12,378 nt of DNA from Okeania sp. (GCF_035285525.1 NZ_JAYKGW010000021.1:1-12378); one strand, 5' to 3'; counted from the first letter of the stretch, positions 1-7,184 are shown. The notes: generated by a model not told the origin, from the letters alone. Numbers and translations: made by a program.

Positions 1-2
1 AA

Positions 3-3000
3 TCTGCTAGTCTGGAGCCTGAAGTCAGGTTGAGAGAGGACAGTTTTTTACAATTTGACCTGGGTTCATTAGACAGTGGTGAAAGCAAAACAGTTACTAT
101 TGATGTGATTCCGACTGAAGTTGGAACCATTATTAATGAAGCCTCTGTTTCTGGGGCTGGAGATGCGGTAGACGATCCTAACCCAGATAACGATGTGGTA
201 GAAATTAGCACAGAAGTAATTGGAGGAGTAGATTTATCAGTCACCAAATCAGACTCCGCTGATCCTGTCAAAGTGGGAGAAACTTTAACCTATACCCTAG
301 AAGTTAAGAACAATGCTCCAGAAGATGCTGCTACCGAAGCAGTTTTAACCGATGTTTTACCAAAAGATGTAGATTTCGTGAGTGCCACAGTAAGTCAAGG
401 TACGTTTACCGAAAAAGATGGTACTGTCACCTTTAAGTTAGGCACAATCGAAGCCGAAAAAGAAGTAACGGCAGAAATTGTAGTTAAACCTACTGAACCA
501 ACTGTACCCAAAGGAGAAAAACCGCCAAAAAATTGGGAAATTATCAACAATGCAACCGTTGCAGCATTTCAAACCGATACCAATGAAAGCAACAATACAG
601 CTAAGGAAACCACTAAAGTTCAGAAAGATTGTTCTGACACTACTCCCATCAGACTCGAAGTTAAAGATGGAGAATTTGCCGATAGCGACAACGATGGTAA
701 ATGCGAAGCTAGTGGCACAATTTACATTGGACGAACAGATGGCATCGAGAGAATGCTGCGGGTAGAAAACGCAACCGCCGAACATGATGACAAAAATTTG
801 ACTATTAGTGGCATCGTTTATTCGGAAATTGGTGGTGTTAGCGCACCTCTTTTCCAAGGCAGTTTCACTATGCCGTTTAACAAAGCCACCACTACTTTGT
901 TGAAAGAAACCAATAAACTAACGGAAGAGTACAAAATTGCAGGTACGGATATAGATTTTCAGCAACTTACCCTAGAACCAGAGAAAATTTTATTCGGTTC
1001 TAAGTTTCAACTGCCAAAAGATGTAGGTGGAAGCATTGTTGAGATTACAGGAAAAGATGCTTTATTAATTGATAAAGAAAGGGTGACATTCGGACAAGGT
1101 GGTAAGATTTCTTTGAGTAGGGTGCCAAAATTCTCTTTTTTCGGAATGTTTGATGCCGAACTTTTCAACTTAAGTTTAGAATATGTCGCCCCGGAAGATA
1201 AACTCAAGTTGAAAGGTAAAGCCATTTTGGACTCATTCACCAAAACGCCATTCACAAAAATTACTGCAGACTTTTCTGGAGACGACTTTAAGGGAGAAAA
1301 CTACATAGAAATTAAGGATGGTAAAGCTGACTTCAAAGGTTCCCTAGCTGTAGAAGGAGACTTAAAAATTGGCAAAAAAGGGTGGGGATTAAGCGAAGTA
1401 AAATTAGAGATTGACACCAAGAAAAAAGATATTGCTGGCAGCGCTAAATTAGATCTACCCTTTGCTAGAATACCCAAGGCAGAATTTGAAATGGGTTTTA
1501 AACTACCTATTTCACTATGGGAACTAAATAAAGTTTCTGGTAGTGTAGATGGACTCAACCTTTGGGTTCCAAAAACTCCTATTTTCTTTCAAAAGTTTGG
1601 GTTGGGTTTAGAAAATTTTGCGGCTTCCGATCCAGATCCAATAGAAGGCACAGTTACTACAGCAGCTACTTTCGGACCTCAAGTCTCAATCAAAAAGTTT
1701 CTTGAAAAAGCACCTTCCGAAGAAGAATCTATCAAAGAGTTTTTTGATTTTGTTGGCATTGACGGAGATGTTTCTCTAGCTCGTCTGGAGTTAGAAGGAA
1801 AAATAAACTCTGAACAAGTTGAAGGAAAAAGTCTAGTCACCATATTTCACGAAAAAATAGGTAAAGTTCAAGGAAAAGCTACTCTCAACTGGGATAAACA
1901 GTTCTTGAAAACATCAGGAAATATATCTCTTTTGGATGGTTTCATTAAATCTAACAGAGAACTCCAAATCACTAGCGATCTAAGTATCAATACGGGAGGG
2001 GCAGCTAGCGTTAATGTTCCAGATTTTATTCCATTTATAAACAACAAAACTCTGGCTTCTGGTAACTTCAGCTTGAAGTTCAGCAACGATAACGATTTCA
2101 GCAACGATTTTATTGCTGGTTGGGGCACTTTACTAGATCAAGCTGTTGTAGGATTTAAGGTTTACTTCGATGGTGAAGTCGATTGGCTTGGTGCTCAAGA
2201 CGTTGCTACTGTGGGCAAAAATTTCCGCATCAAAAAAGGTCAAGATTTGCTATTAATGAATGCAGATTGGGATGAAGAAAATCCTCAAAGAAGAAGTAGT
2301 CAAAATGATGTACCCATAGAAGTTAAAACTCCCGATGGCAAATGGATTAAAGAAAGTGAGTTTGCTGCCAATAATATTGAAATAGTCGATAATCTGGGAG
2401 ACACGAGTCAAAAAACAGTCTTAGTATCCAATCCTCAAGCAGGGAACTGGAATATTCGAGTTGCCCAGAAAGGTTTAGGAAAAGTCGAATATAGCGCCTT
2501 GCAAAATACTTCAGGTGCGCCAACTTTGGAACTCAAACCAGCAGTTGTGAATGAGAAAAAATCAAAAGTTACTTTTGATTACAAAGCCTTTGATGCCAAC
2601 TCCAAAGCCGAAATCAGTTTCTTCTACGACACCGACAACAAAGATTTCAATGGCACTTTAATTAAGGATGGGGTGGTAGAAAAAGATAAAAAAGGTCGTT
2701 TTGTTTGGAACACCACAGATGTACCTGAGGGGAAATATTACATTTACGGCATCATTGAAGATGAAAACAACGTGCCTGTAATGAGTTATTCTCCAGTTCA
2801 AATAACTGTCGGCAACCCCCTTCCTGATGGTAAGACTGAGGTAGGAAATGGCAAGAAAAATAAATTAAAAGGTACAGGTAAGGATGACTTGCTTGATGGC
2901 AAGGGTGGTAACGATATCCTCATTGGAAACAAAGGGGAGGACACCCTCATCGGCGGCGGTGGGAAAGATACACTCAACGGTGGTAAAGGCGATGACATTT

Positions 3001-3833
3001 ATCAGCTAAACGCTAAAACCGCCAAAGGAAGTCAAGTTATGGATAGTGAGGGAAATGACTTCCTGGAGTTAGAAGGAGCTAACATATCCTTGGAAGGTTT
3101 GGCAAAACGTAAAACTGGTGTGGAACGTAAAGGAAAAAACTTAATTATCGACCTCAACCAAGATGGAAAAACTAACGCCAAACAAGACCTGACTATCAAA
3201 AATTTCTTTGCTAACAAAAAAGCTAACAAACCAGGGAAAGGTTTCATCGAAACTGTAGATAATCTTACAGGTGAGGAAATAATTGACTCCTTAACTAACC
3301 CAAACCAAGGCATTACCAAAAATGGCAACCAACTTAACAATACTCTCAGAGGCAGCGAGTTAGACGATGTGTTAAATGGTAAAGGTGGTAATGACAAACT
3401 TTTTGGTAACAACGGCAATGACATTCTAACTGGAGGCAACGGTAACGACAAACTCAACGGTGGTGAAGGTGAAGACATATTAACTGGAGGCAACGGCAAA
3501 GATTCCTTTATATTCGATGACTTTAATAAAACAGAAACCGACGAAATAACTGACTTCATATTAGGTGAAGACAAACTTATTCTCGACAAAAGCGCGTTTA
3601 AAGTGATTAAAAGTAGTAAAGGAAAAGGTTTCAGTCGCCAGCGGGAATTTGCAGTTGTTGATGATGCTGCTGATGTTGCCAGCAGCAGAGCATTTATTGT
3701 TTACAACGAAAACAGTGGAGAACTGTTCTACAATGCCAACGGTAACAAAGCAGGTTTAGGCATTGGCGGTGCGTTTGCTAAATTAGACGGTGCCCCAAAT
3801 ATTAGTGCCACAGACTTTAGGATTCAGCTTTAG
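3..3833 (+). CDS. Large DUF11-repeat / RTX (hemolysin-type Ca2+-binding) exoprotein; 5' end lies outside the window
   Basis: This is a 3.8-kb ORF. The frame stays open upstream of the TTG at 30 back to base 3, and the first residues (..LGSLDSGESKTVTIDVIP..) read like the end of a preceding DUF11 repeat. The gene is therefore truncated by the window. It contains a DUF11-like module (VDLSVTKSDSADPVKVGETLTYTLEVKNN..LTDVLPKDVDFVSA..). It also has two blocks of GGxGxDxUx nonapeptides and a C-terminal tail (..DFILGEDKLILDKSAF..FAVV..IVYNENSGELFYNANG..DFRIQL) typical of RTX-family proteins. Stop TAG is at 3831-3833. Confidence 0.9.
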   Translation, partial: SASLEPEVRLREDSFLQFDLGSLDSGESKTVTIDVIPTEVGTIINEASVSGAGDAVDDPNPDNDVVEISTEVIGGVDLSVTKSDSADPVKVGETLTYTLEVKNNAPEDAATEAVLTDVLPKDVDFVSATVSQGTFTEKDGTVTFKLGTIEAEKEVTAEIVVKPTEPTVPKGEKPPKNWEIINNATVAAFQTDTNESNNTAKETTKVQKDCSDTTPIRLEVKDGEFADSDNDGKCEASGTIYIGRTDGIERMLRVENATAEHDDKNLTISGIVYSEIGGVSAPLFQGSFTMPFNKATTTLLKETNKLTEEYKIAGTDIDFQQLTLEPEKILFGSKFQLPKDVGGSIVEITGKDALLIDKERVTFGQGGKISLSRVPKFSFFGMFDAELFNLSLEYVAPEDKLKLKGKAILDSFTKTPFTKITADFSGDDFKGENYIEIKDGKADFKGSLAVEGDLKIGKKGWGLSEVKLEIDTKKKDIAGSAKLDLPFARIPKAEFEMGFKLPISLWELNKVSGSVDGLNLWVPKTPIFFQKFGLGLENFAASDPDPIEGTVTTAATFGPQVSIKKFLEKAPSEEESIKEFFDFVGIDGDVSLARLELEGKINSEQVEGKSLVTIFHEKIGKVQGKATLNWDKQFLKTSGNISLLDGFIKSNRELQITSDLSINTGGAASVNVPDFIPFINNKTLASGNFSLKFSNDNDFSNDFIAGWGTLLDQAVVGFKVYFDGEVDWLGAQDVATVGKNFRIKKGQDLLLMNADWDEENPQRRSSQNDVPIEVKTPDGKWIKESEFAANNIEIVDNLGDTSQKTVLVSNPQAGNWNIRVAQKGLGKVEYSALQNTSGAPTLELKPAVVNEKKSKVTFDYKAFDANSKAEISFFYDTDNKDFNGTLIKDGVVEKDKKGRFVWNTTDVPEGKYYIYGIIEDENNVPVMSYSPVQITVGNPLPDGKTEVGNGKKNKLKGTGKDDLLDGKGGNDILIGNKGEDTLIGGGGKDTLNGGKGDDIYQLNAKTAKGSQVMDSEGNDFLELEGANISLEGLAKRKTGVERKGKNLIIDLNQDGKTNAKQDLTIKNFFANKKANKPGKGFIETVDNLTGEEIIDSLTNPNQGITKNGNQLNNTLRGSELDDVLNGKGGNDKLFGNNGNDILTGGNGNDKLNGGEGEDILTGGNGKDSFIFDDFNKTETDEITDFILGEDKLILDKSAFKVIKSSKGKGFSRQREFAVVDDAADVASSRAFIVYNENSGELFYNANGNKAGLGIGGAFAKLDGAPNISATDFRIQL
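228..620 (+). other. DUF11-type (conserved repeat domain) module inside the large ORF
   Basis: VDLSVTKSDSADPVKVGETLTYTLEVKNNAPEDAATEAVLTDVLPKDVDFVSATVSQGTFTEKDGTVTFKLGTIEAEKEVTAEIVVKP...NNATVAAFQTDTNESNN follows the usual DUF11 motif order (L.vtK....v..G..l.Y...v.N.G...A..v.l.D.LP.g..fvs....G). The preceding partial copy ends near 227. Confidence 0.7.
2871..3002 (+). other. RTX nonapeptide block 1 (Ca2+-binding beta-roll repeats)
   Basis: The translation is GTGKDDLLDGKGGNDILIGNKGEDTLIGGGGKDTLNGGKGDDIY. This gives about four consecutive GGxGxDxUx-type repeats. Confidence 0.85.
3321..3521 (+). other. RTX nonapeptide block 2 (Ca2+-binding beta-roll repeats)
   Basis: The translation is NGNQLNNTLRGSELDDVLNGKGGNDKLFGNNGNDILTGGNGNDKLNGGEGEDILTGGNGKDSFIFDD. 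This gives about five to six nonapeptide repeats. Confidence 0.9.
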
Positions 3834-4321
3834 AAGTTAAGAAATCGAGTTTATCTGACTAACTTGAGTTAACCTTTAAGTCTAACAATAAACCCGGTTT
3901 CTGGAGTTGGGCGCGATCGCTTTCAAATGTATCATTATAACCCAGGACTTATATACAATCCCGTTATATAATATATGTTCATAATTCTCTCTACACTTCT
4001 ATCTCCGTGTCTGGTGCATCTGGTGCGTCTCACTACCATACAATAACTACTCAACCGGATTCTATATAACTATTCAACCAGACATGATATGACAAATTGA
4101 GTCTGTAAATTTTTTGTCAAGATAGTTTAGAGAATTATTGATTTTCTACTACCCTTATTTTAATATTTAAACATAGTTCTATTGACCCGAAAATAAGGTC
4201 TCAAACCTTCTCTTTCAAGGGGATAAAAAAAAGAAAATTCAGTCTTTCAATCCTCTTACTTCATGAGGAGGTAATGATAAATGTTAACTAAAACAAAAGT
4301 CTTGTATTTATTAGAAAAATT

Positions 4322-4738
4322 ATGGTAAATTTGAACATAAATGATCCTTTCAAACGAGATATATTAAAAAATTCTCGTATAATTGCAATAGTAGGTCATT
4401 CTGAGAAACCAGAGCGTACTAGCTATCAAATTGCTAAATTTTTACGAGAGGTAGGTTACAAAATTTATCCAGTTAATCCAATAGTAAAAGAAATTGATGG
4501 TAATCCTAGTTATCCTACTTTAAAAGATATTCCTGAACCTGTAGATATTGTTAATGTCTTCCGCCGTTCTGAATATTTACCAGAAATCGTAGAAGCAGCG
4601 ATCGCTATCCACGCCAAAACTATTTGGACTCAGCTAGGAGTAAGAGATTGGCAGTCAGCAAATAAAGTCTTAGATGCTGGCTTAAATTTAGCTATGGATG
4701 TTTGTATTAAGGTTGAGTATTTGCGACTTCTTGGCTAA
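4322..4738 (+). CDS. Small CoA-binding domain protein (YccU/YneT-like)
   Basis: The 138-aa product carries ..SRIIAIVGHSEKPERTSYQIAKFLREVGYKIYPVNP..YPTLKDIPEPVDIVNVFRRSEYLPEIVEAA..AKTIWTQLGV.. Length and motif order match the stand-alone Rossmann-type CoA-binding family. It has an ATG start and a TAA stop at 4736-4738. One HIP1 site lies inside the gene. Confidence 0.85.
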   Translation: MVNLNINDPFKRDILKNSRIIAIVGHSEKPERTSYQIAKFLREVGYKIYPVNPIVKEIDGNPSYPTLKDIPEPVDIVNVFRRSEYLPEIVEAAIAIHAKTIWTQLGVRDWQSANKVLDAGLNLAMDVCIKVEYLRLLG

Positions 4739-5412
4739 CTCTTTTGTTGGTTTTTATCTAGTCGTTTACCTAGAAATAATAAAAATCCATAGAGAACTAA
4801 ATTTTCTCCAATTAGTTCTAAAAATTCTTCAAAGGCGATACGGATTTTTTCGACAAAATTTATCACAAAATCTTGTGTAAATAATAAACTCAGGAGAGGT
4901 TGGGCAATATCTTTAAAAACTTCAGCTCCAAACCCTCCAATACCAAAAATAAACATTCCTAATAATCCTAAAAAAGTTTCTTGACGGTAAGAACGCCAAA
5001 GAAATCGCACCTCTGAATAAAATATAATTAAAGGCAGAATAAAAAGAACTATATATAGTGGTAGCCAAGTACGTTCATCTAACCAAGGAATCCAATTTTT
5101 TAATTGTAGATGAACTTTCCATATTTCATCAATAGAACCATAAATTAAGAGTATGGCAAAGGTTAATTTAAACCACCGAGAAGGATATATTTGAGAATGG
5201 CATTCTTGAAATAATAATATTAAAGGTATTAAGCCAATTAGAAACAAATGTAATGCTTGTAATAAAGAAGGAATAGTCATTTTACCATTCATGTCAAATG
5301 GAGGATATGGTTTACCGCTGACCAGGACACTACCGAGGTAAATTATAACTATAAAAAGTTCAAAAGTAATCAAGCAAACTAACAGGAAATTTAGTTGTTT
5401 TTGAGAGAGCAT
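4735..5412 (-). CDS. Hypothetical polytopic membrane protein
   Basis: This is a long ORF for such AT-rich DNA. It has several hydrophobic stretches of about 20 aa (LLVCLITFELFIVIIYLGSVLV, LLQALHLFLIGLIPLILLF, FKLTFAILLIYGSI, LPLYIVLFILPLIIF, FLGLLGMFIFGIGGFG, LVLYGFLLFLG). I place the start at the ATG at 5412-5410. The ORF track uses a TTG at 5433. I recognise no family. Confidence 0.65.
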   Translation of the reverse strand: MLSQKQLNFLLVCLITFELFIVIIYLGSVLVSGKPYPPFDMNGKMTIPSLLQALHLFLIGLIPLILLFQECHSQIYPSRWFKLTFAILLIYGSIDEIWKVHLQLKNWIPWLDERTWLPLYIVLFILPLIIFYSEVRFLWRSYRQETFLGLLGMFIFGIGGFGAEVFKDIAQPLLSLLFTQDFVINFVEKIRIAFEEFLELIGENLVLYGFLLFLGKRLDKNQQKS

Positions 5413-5462
5413 AAGTTTTGATAAAAAGAACAAATTATATTTTAATCATTAGATATAATGTT

Positions 5463-5522
5463 GTAGGGGCGGGTTTGACCAGACATTTCCCTGCCTACCC
5501 TCAGATTTATGTAAACCCGCCC
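5463..5522. repeat. Hairpin element type A, copy 1
   Basis: Sequence is GTAGGGGCGGGTTT gaccagacatttccctgcctaccctcagatttatgt AAACCCGCCC. The arms form a 10-bp perfect inverted repeat. Confidence 0.85.
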
Positions 5523-5587
5523 TCCTGTCTATGGGGGCGGATTTAGCTGACTCAATATTCAAACTTCTTAAATAACCTCCTGCCTAT

Positions 5588-5650
5588 GGGGGCGGGTTTA
5601 GCTGACTCAATATTCAAACTCCTGAACTAACTGATAAAACCCGCCCCTAC
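5588..5650. repeat. Hairpin element type B, complete copy 1
   Basis: Sequence is GGGGGCGGGTTT agctgactcaatattcaaactcctgaactaactgata AAACCCGCCCCTAC. It is preceded by a 3'-truncated B copy exactly 54 nt upstream. Confidence 0.85.
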
Positions 5651-5667
5651 CGTTGATGAAAAATCCT

Positions 5668-5727
5668 GTAGGGGCGGGTTTCACCAGACATTTCCCGGCT
5701 GATACTCAGATTTATGTAAACCCGCCC
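5668..5727. repeat. Hairpin element type A, copy 2
   Basis: Sequence is GTAGGGGCGGGTTT caccagacatttcccggctgatactcagatttatgt AAACCCGCCC. Confidence 0.85.
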
Positions 5728-5737
5728 TCCTGTCTAT

Positions 5738-5795
5738 GGGGGCGGGTTTGACCAGACATTTCCCGGCTTACCCTCAGATTTATGTAAACCCGCCC
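5738..5795. repeat. Hairpin element type A, copy 3
   Basis: Sequence is GGGGGCGGGTTT gaccagacatttcccggcttaccctcagatttatgt AAACCCGCCC. It lies about 69 nt after copy 2. Confidence 0.85.
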
Positions 5796-5860
5796 TCCTG
5801 CCTATGGGGGCGGGTTTAGCTGACTCAATATTCAAACTCCTTAACTAACCTCCTGCCTAT

Positions 5861-5923
5861 GGGGGCGGGTTTAGCTGACTCAGTGTTCAAACTCCTTAAC
5901 TAACTGATGAAACCCGCCCCTAC
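5861..5923. repeat. Hairpin element type B, complete copy 2
   Basis: Sequence is GGGGGCGGGTTT agctgactcagtgttcaaactccttaactaactgatg AAACCCGCCCCTAC. It is preceded by a truncated B copy 54 nt upstream. Confidence 0.85.
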
Positions 5924-5988
5924 CGCTGATGAAAAATAATGTTCAAACCTACTTAACTAACTGGTGAAACCCTTCCCCATAGGCAGGA

Positions 5989-6049
5989 GGGCGGGTTTAG
6001 CTGACTCAATGTTCAAACTCCTTAAATAACTCATGAAACCCGTCCCTAC
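5989..6049. repeat. Hairpin element type B, degenerate copy 3
   Basis: Sequence is GGGCGGGTTT agctgactcaatgttcaaactccttaaataactcatg AAACCCGTCCCTAC. The right arm has one mismatch. The copy ends 15 nt from the stop of the TPR gene. Confidence 0.8.
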
Positions 6050-6063
6050 TGTTGATGACAAAT

Positions 6064-7077
6064 TTAATTTTCTGTTTCTTCTGTCTCAGTCTCAGTAGAA
6101 CTTGGTTTTGGCAACTCCTCCGCTTCAGAAGTAGGACTCGCTTCTGGAGATACTTCTGCTTCAGAATCAGAATCAACTTTACTTGATGCTTCCAACTTAA
6201 TTTGATCCTTAAATCCAGCAGGAGCTAATTCTATTGCCTGATTAAAAAGTTCTTGGGAACTTTCAGTATCACCCTGCTCTTTTAATATAATTGCCTTAGC
6301 TAAAATCGGGCGAAAATCCTCAGCATTACTCTTAGTTGCTTCATCATAAACAGTAACCGCCTCTTCATAGCGCTTTTGGTTAGCATAAACTTGCCCTAAA
6401 ATCAACTGTACCGAGACTATATCAATAGTTCCTGGTTCCAGTTGATTTTTCACAGGAGCAGCTTTGAGTGTATCCTGCAACAAACCAATAGCAGCTTCAG
6501 GGCGTTCCTGCTCCAACAACAAATTAACCAAACCTTGCAAAGCTTTTAAATCCCCAGGTTTATTCTTCAGAAGAGAACGATAAATTTTAGCAGCACCTTC
6601 GCGATCGCCTGTATATGCTTTAGCCTGAGCCAACAATACATTATAATCTGTACTTTGAGGATTTAGTTCAGACAATTTTTCCAGTGGGGGTATTACATCC
6701 TTAATATCACCCTTACCTAATTGGACTAACCCTAACCTTACTTGTAAAAGTCCCTGGAGTGCGGTTAAATTATCTGACTCCCTTTGTAAAACTAACTCAT
6801 AACCCCGCGCTTGTGCCAATAAATCTGCTTCTTTATCTGCTGCAGATGTTTGACTTGGTGATGGAGTTGCTTGACTATTTGGATTTGCCTCTAATAACCC
6901 TCCTAACAATGGAGAGAGAGAAAACCCCAAGAAAGCAATCACTACCAGCACTATCACCGCCATCAAAAAACCACGATTTTTATTTGCCATTGGATTCAAT
7001 TTTGCTTTATCAAATTGATATAAAACGTCACAATTATTGACATTTCCATGTTTACTTCCTGCTCCTACTAGATACAT
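6064..7077 (-). CDS. Membrane-anchored tetratricopeptide-repeat (TPR) protein with acidic S/E/T-rich C-terminal tail
   Basis: There is one N-terminal hydrophobic helix (FLMAVIVLVVIAFLGFSLSPLLGGLL). It is followed by several TPR-like A/L/Y/G/P-patterned helix pairs (..AQAKAYTGDREGAAKIYRSLLKNKPGDLKAL.., ..LGQVYANQKRYEEAVTVYDEATKSNAEDFRP.., ..KEQGDTESSQELFNQAIELAP). The tail reads DSDSEAEVSPEASPTSEAEELPKPSSTETETEETEN. The start is ambiguous between the ATG at 7077 and the ATG at 6990 (MANKNRGF.., directly before the TM helix). I think 6990 is at least as likely. Confidence 0.85.
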   Translation of the reverse strand: MYLVGAGSKHGNVNNCDVLYQFDKAKLNPMANKNRGFLMAVIVLVVIAFLGFSLSPLLGGLLEANPNSQATPSPSQTSAADKEADLLAQARGYELVLQRESDNLTALQGLLQVRLGLVQLGKGDIKDVIPPLEKLSELNPQSTDYNVLLAQAKAYTGDREGAAKIYRSLLKNKPGDLKALQGLVNLLLEQERPEAAIGLLQDTLKAAPVKNQLEPGTIDIVSVQLILGQVYANQKRYEEAVTVYDEATKSNAEDFRPILAKAIILKEQGDTESSQELFNQAIELAPAGFKDQIKLEASSKVDSDSEAEVSPEASPTSEAEELPKPSSTETETEETEN

Positions 7078-7156
7078 CGCCGATTGAACGGTTCTGCTAG
7101 TCGGTAGCTATCCGTCCACAGGGATTCACGGGTCTTACCCGAATCTTTCTCTCAAA

Positions 7157-7184
7157 TTTATAATTACATTAATATTTTGAGCAA
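7157..7184 (-). promoter_or_regulatory. Candidate sigma70-type promoter for the TPR gene (TTGCTC-16 nt-TATAAA)
   Basis: The minus strand reads TTGCTC aaaatattaatgtaat TATAAA. The -10 lies about 80 nt upstream of the ATG at 7077. This is sequence pattern only, and AT-rich DNA yields many such matches. Confidence 0.25.

Larger units (their letters stand above)
5463..6049. repeat. Nested/tandem array of GC-rich hairpin (MITE/SDR-like) elements, two loop families (A and B) with shared arms
   Basis: There are 8 copies of GGGCGG(G/A)TTT and 7 of the complementary AAACCC(G/T)(C/T)CC. Units are joined by a constant linker TCCTG(C/T)CTATGG. 3'-truncated B copies lie at 5533-5576 and 5806-5849. A lone B 3' half lies at 5941-5978, and an inverted linker at 5975-5990. 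Block A-B'-B (5463-5667) recurs as A-A-B'-B (5668-5937). Confidence 0.9.

Noticed and set aside
438-3589. Seven ORFs in the six-frame track nested inside the giant ORF (438..857 -, 550..765 +, 1007..1255 -, 1301..1558 -, 1868..2128 -, 2798..2998 -, 3032..3589 -).
   Set aside because: All lie entirely within a 3.8-kb ORF that has clear DUF11 and RTX signatures. Their translations are S/P/L-rich low-complexity mirror images of the G/D/N/K-rich sense frame, which is typical of antisense RTX repeats. They have no motifs and no independent start signals.
4698-4880. 60-aa plus-strand ORF spanning the CoA-binding gene end and the membrane gene 3' end.
   Set aside because: It overlaps two better-supported genes, out of frame with one and antisense to the other. 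It is short and has no recognisable features.
5463-6049. Possible CRISPR array, given regularly spaced GC-rich repeats with periods of 54 and about 69 nt.
   Set aside because: The would-be spacers are themselves repeated (loop families A and B). The conserved 10-11-mers alternate in forward and reverse-complement orientation as hairpin arms rather than as direct repeats. No cas genes or leader are nearby.
5463-6049. Tandem array of small RNA genes (NsiR1-like arrangement) or a stack of intrinsic terminators.
   Set aside because: I see no repeated promoter-like -10/-35 or TCCGGA-type element in each unit. None of the hairpins is followed by a U-tract on either strand. This is kept only as something transcript mapping could revisit.
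6759-7040. 93-aa plus-strand ORF antisense to the TPR gene.
   Set aside because: It is fully embedded antisense in a gene with clear TPR periodicity and a TM anchor. Its composition looks like antisense noise.
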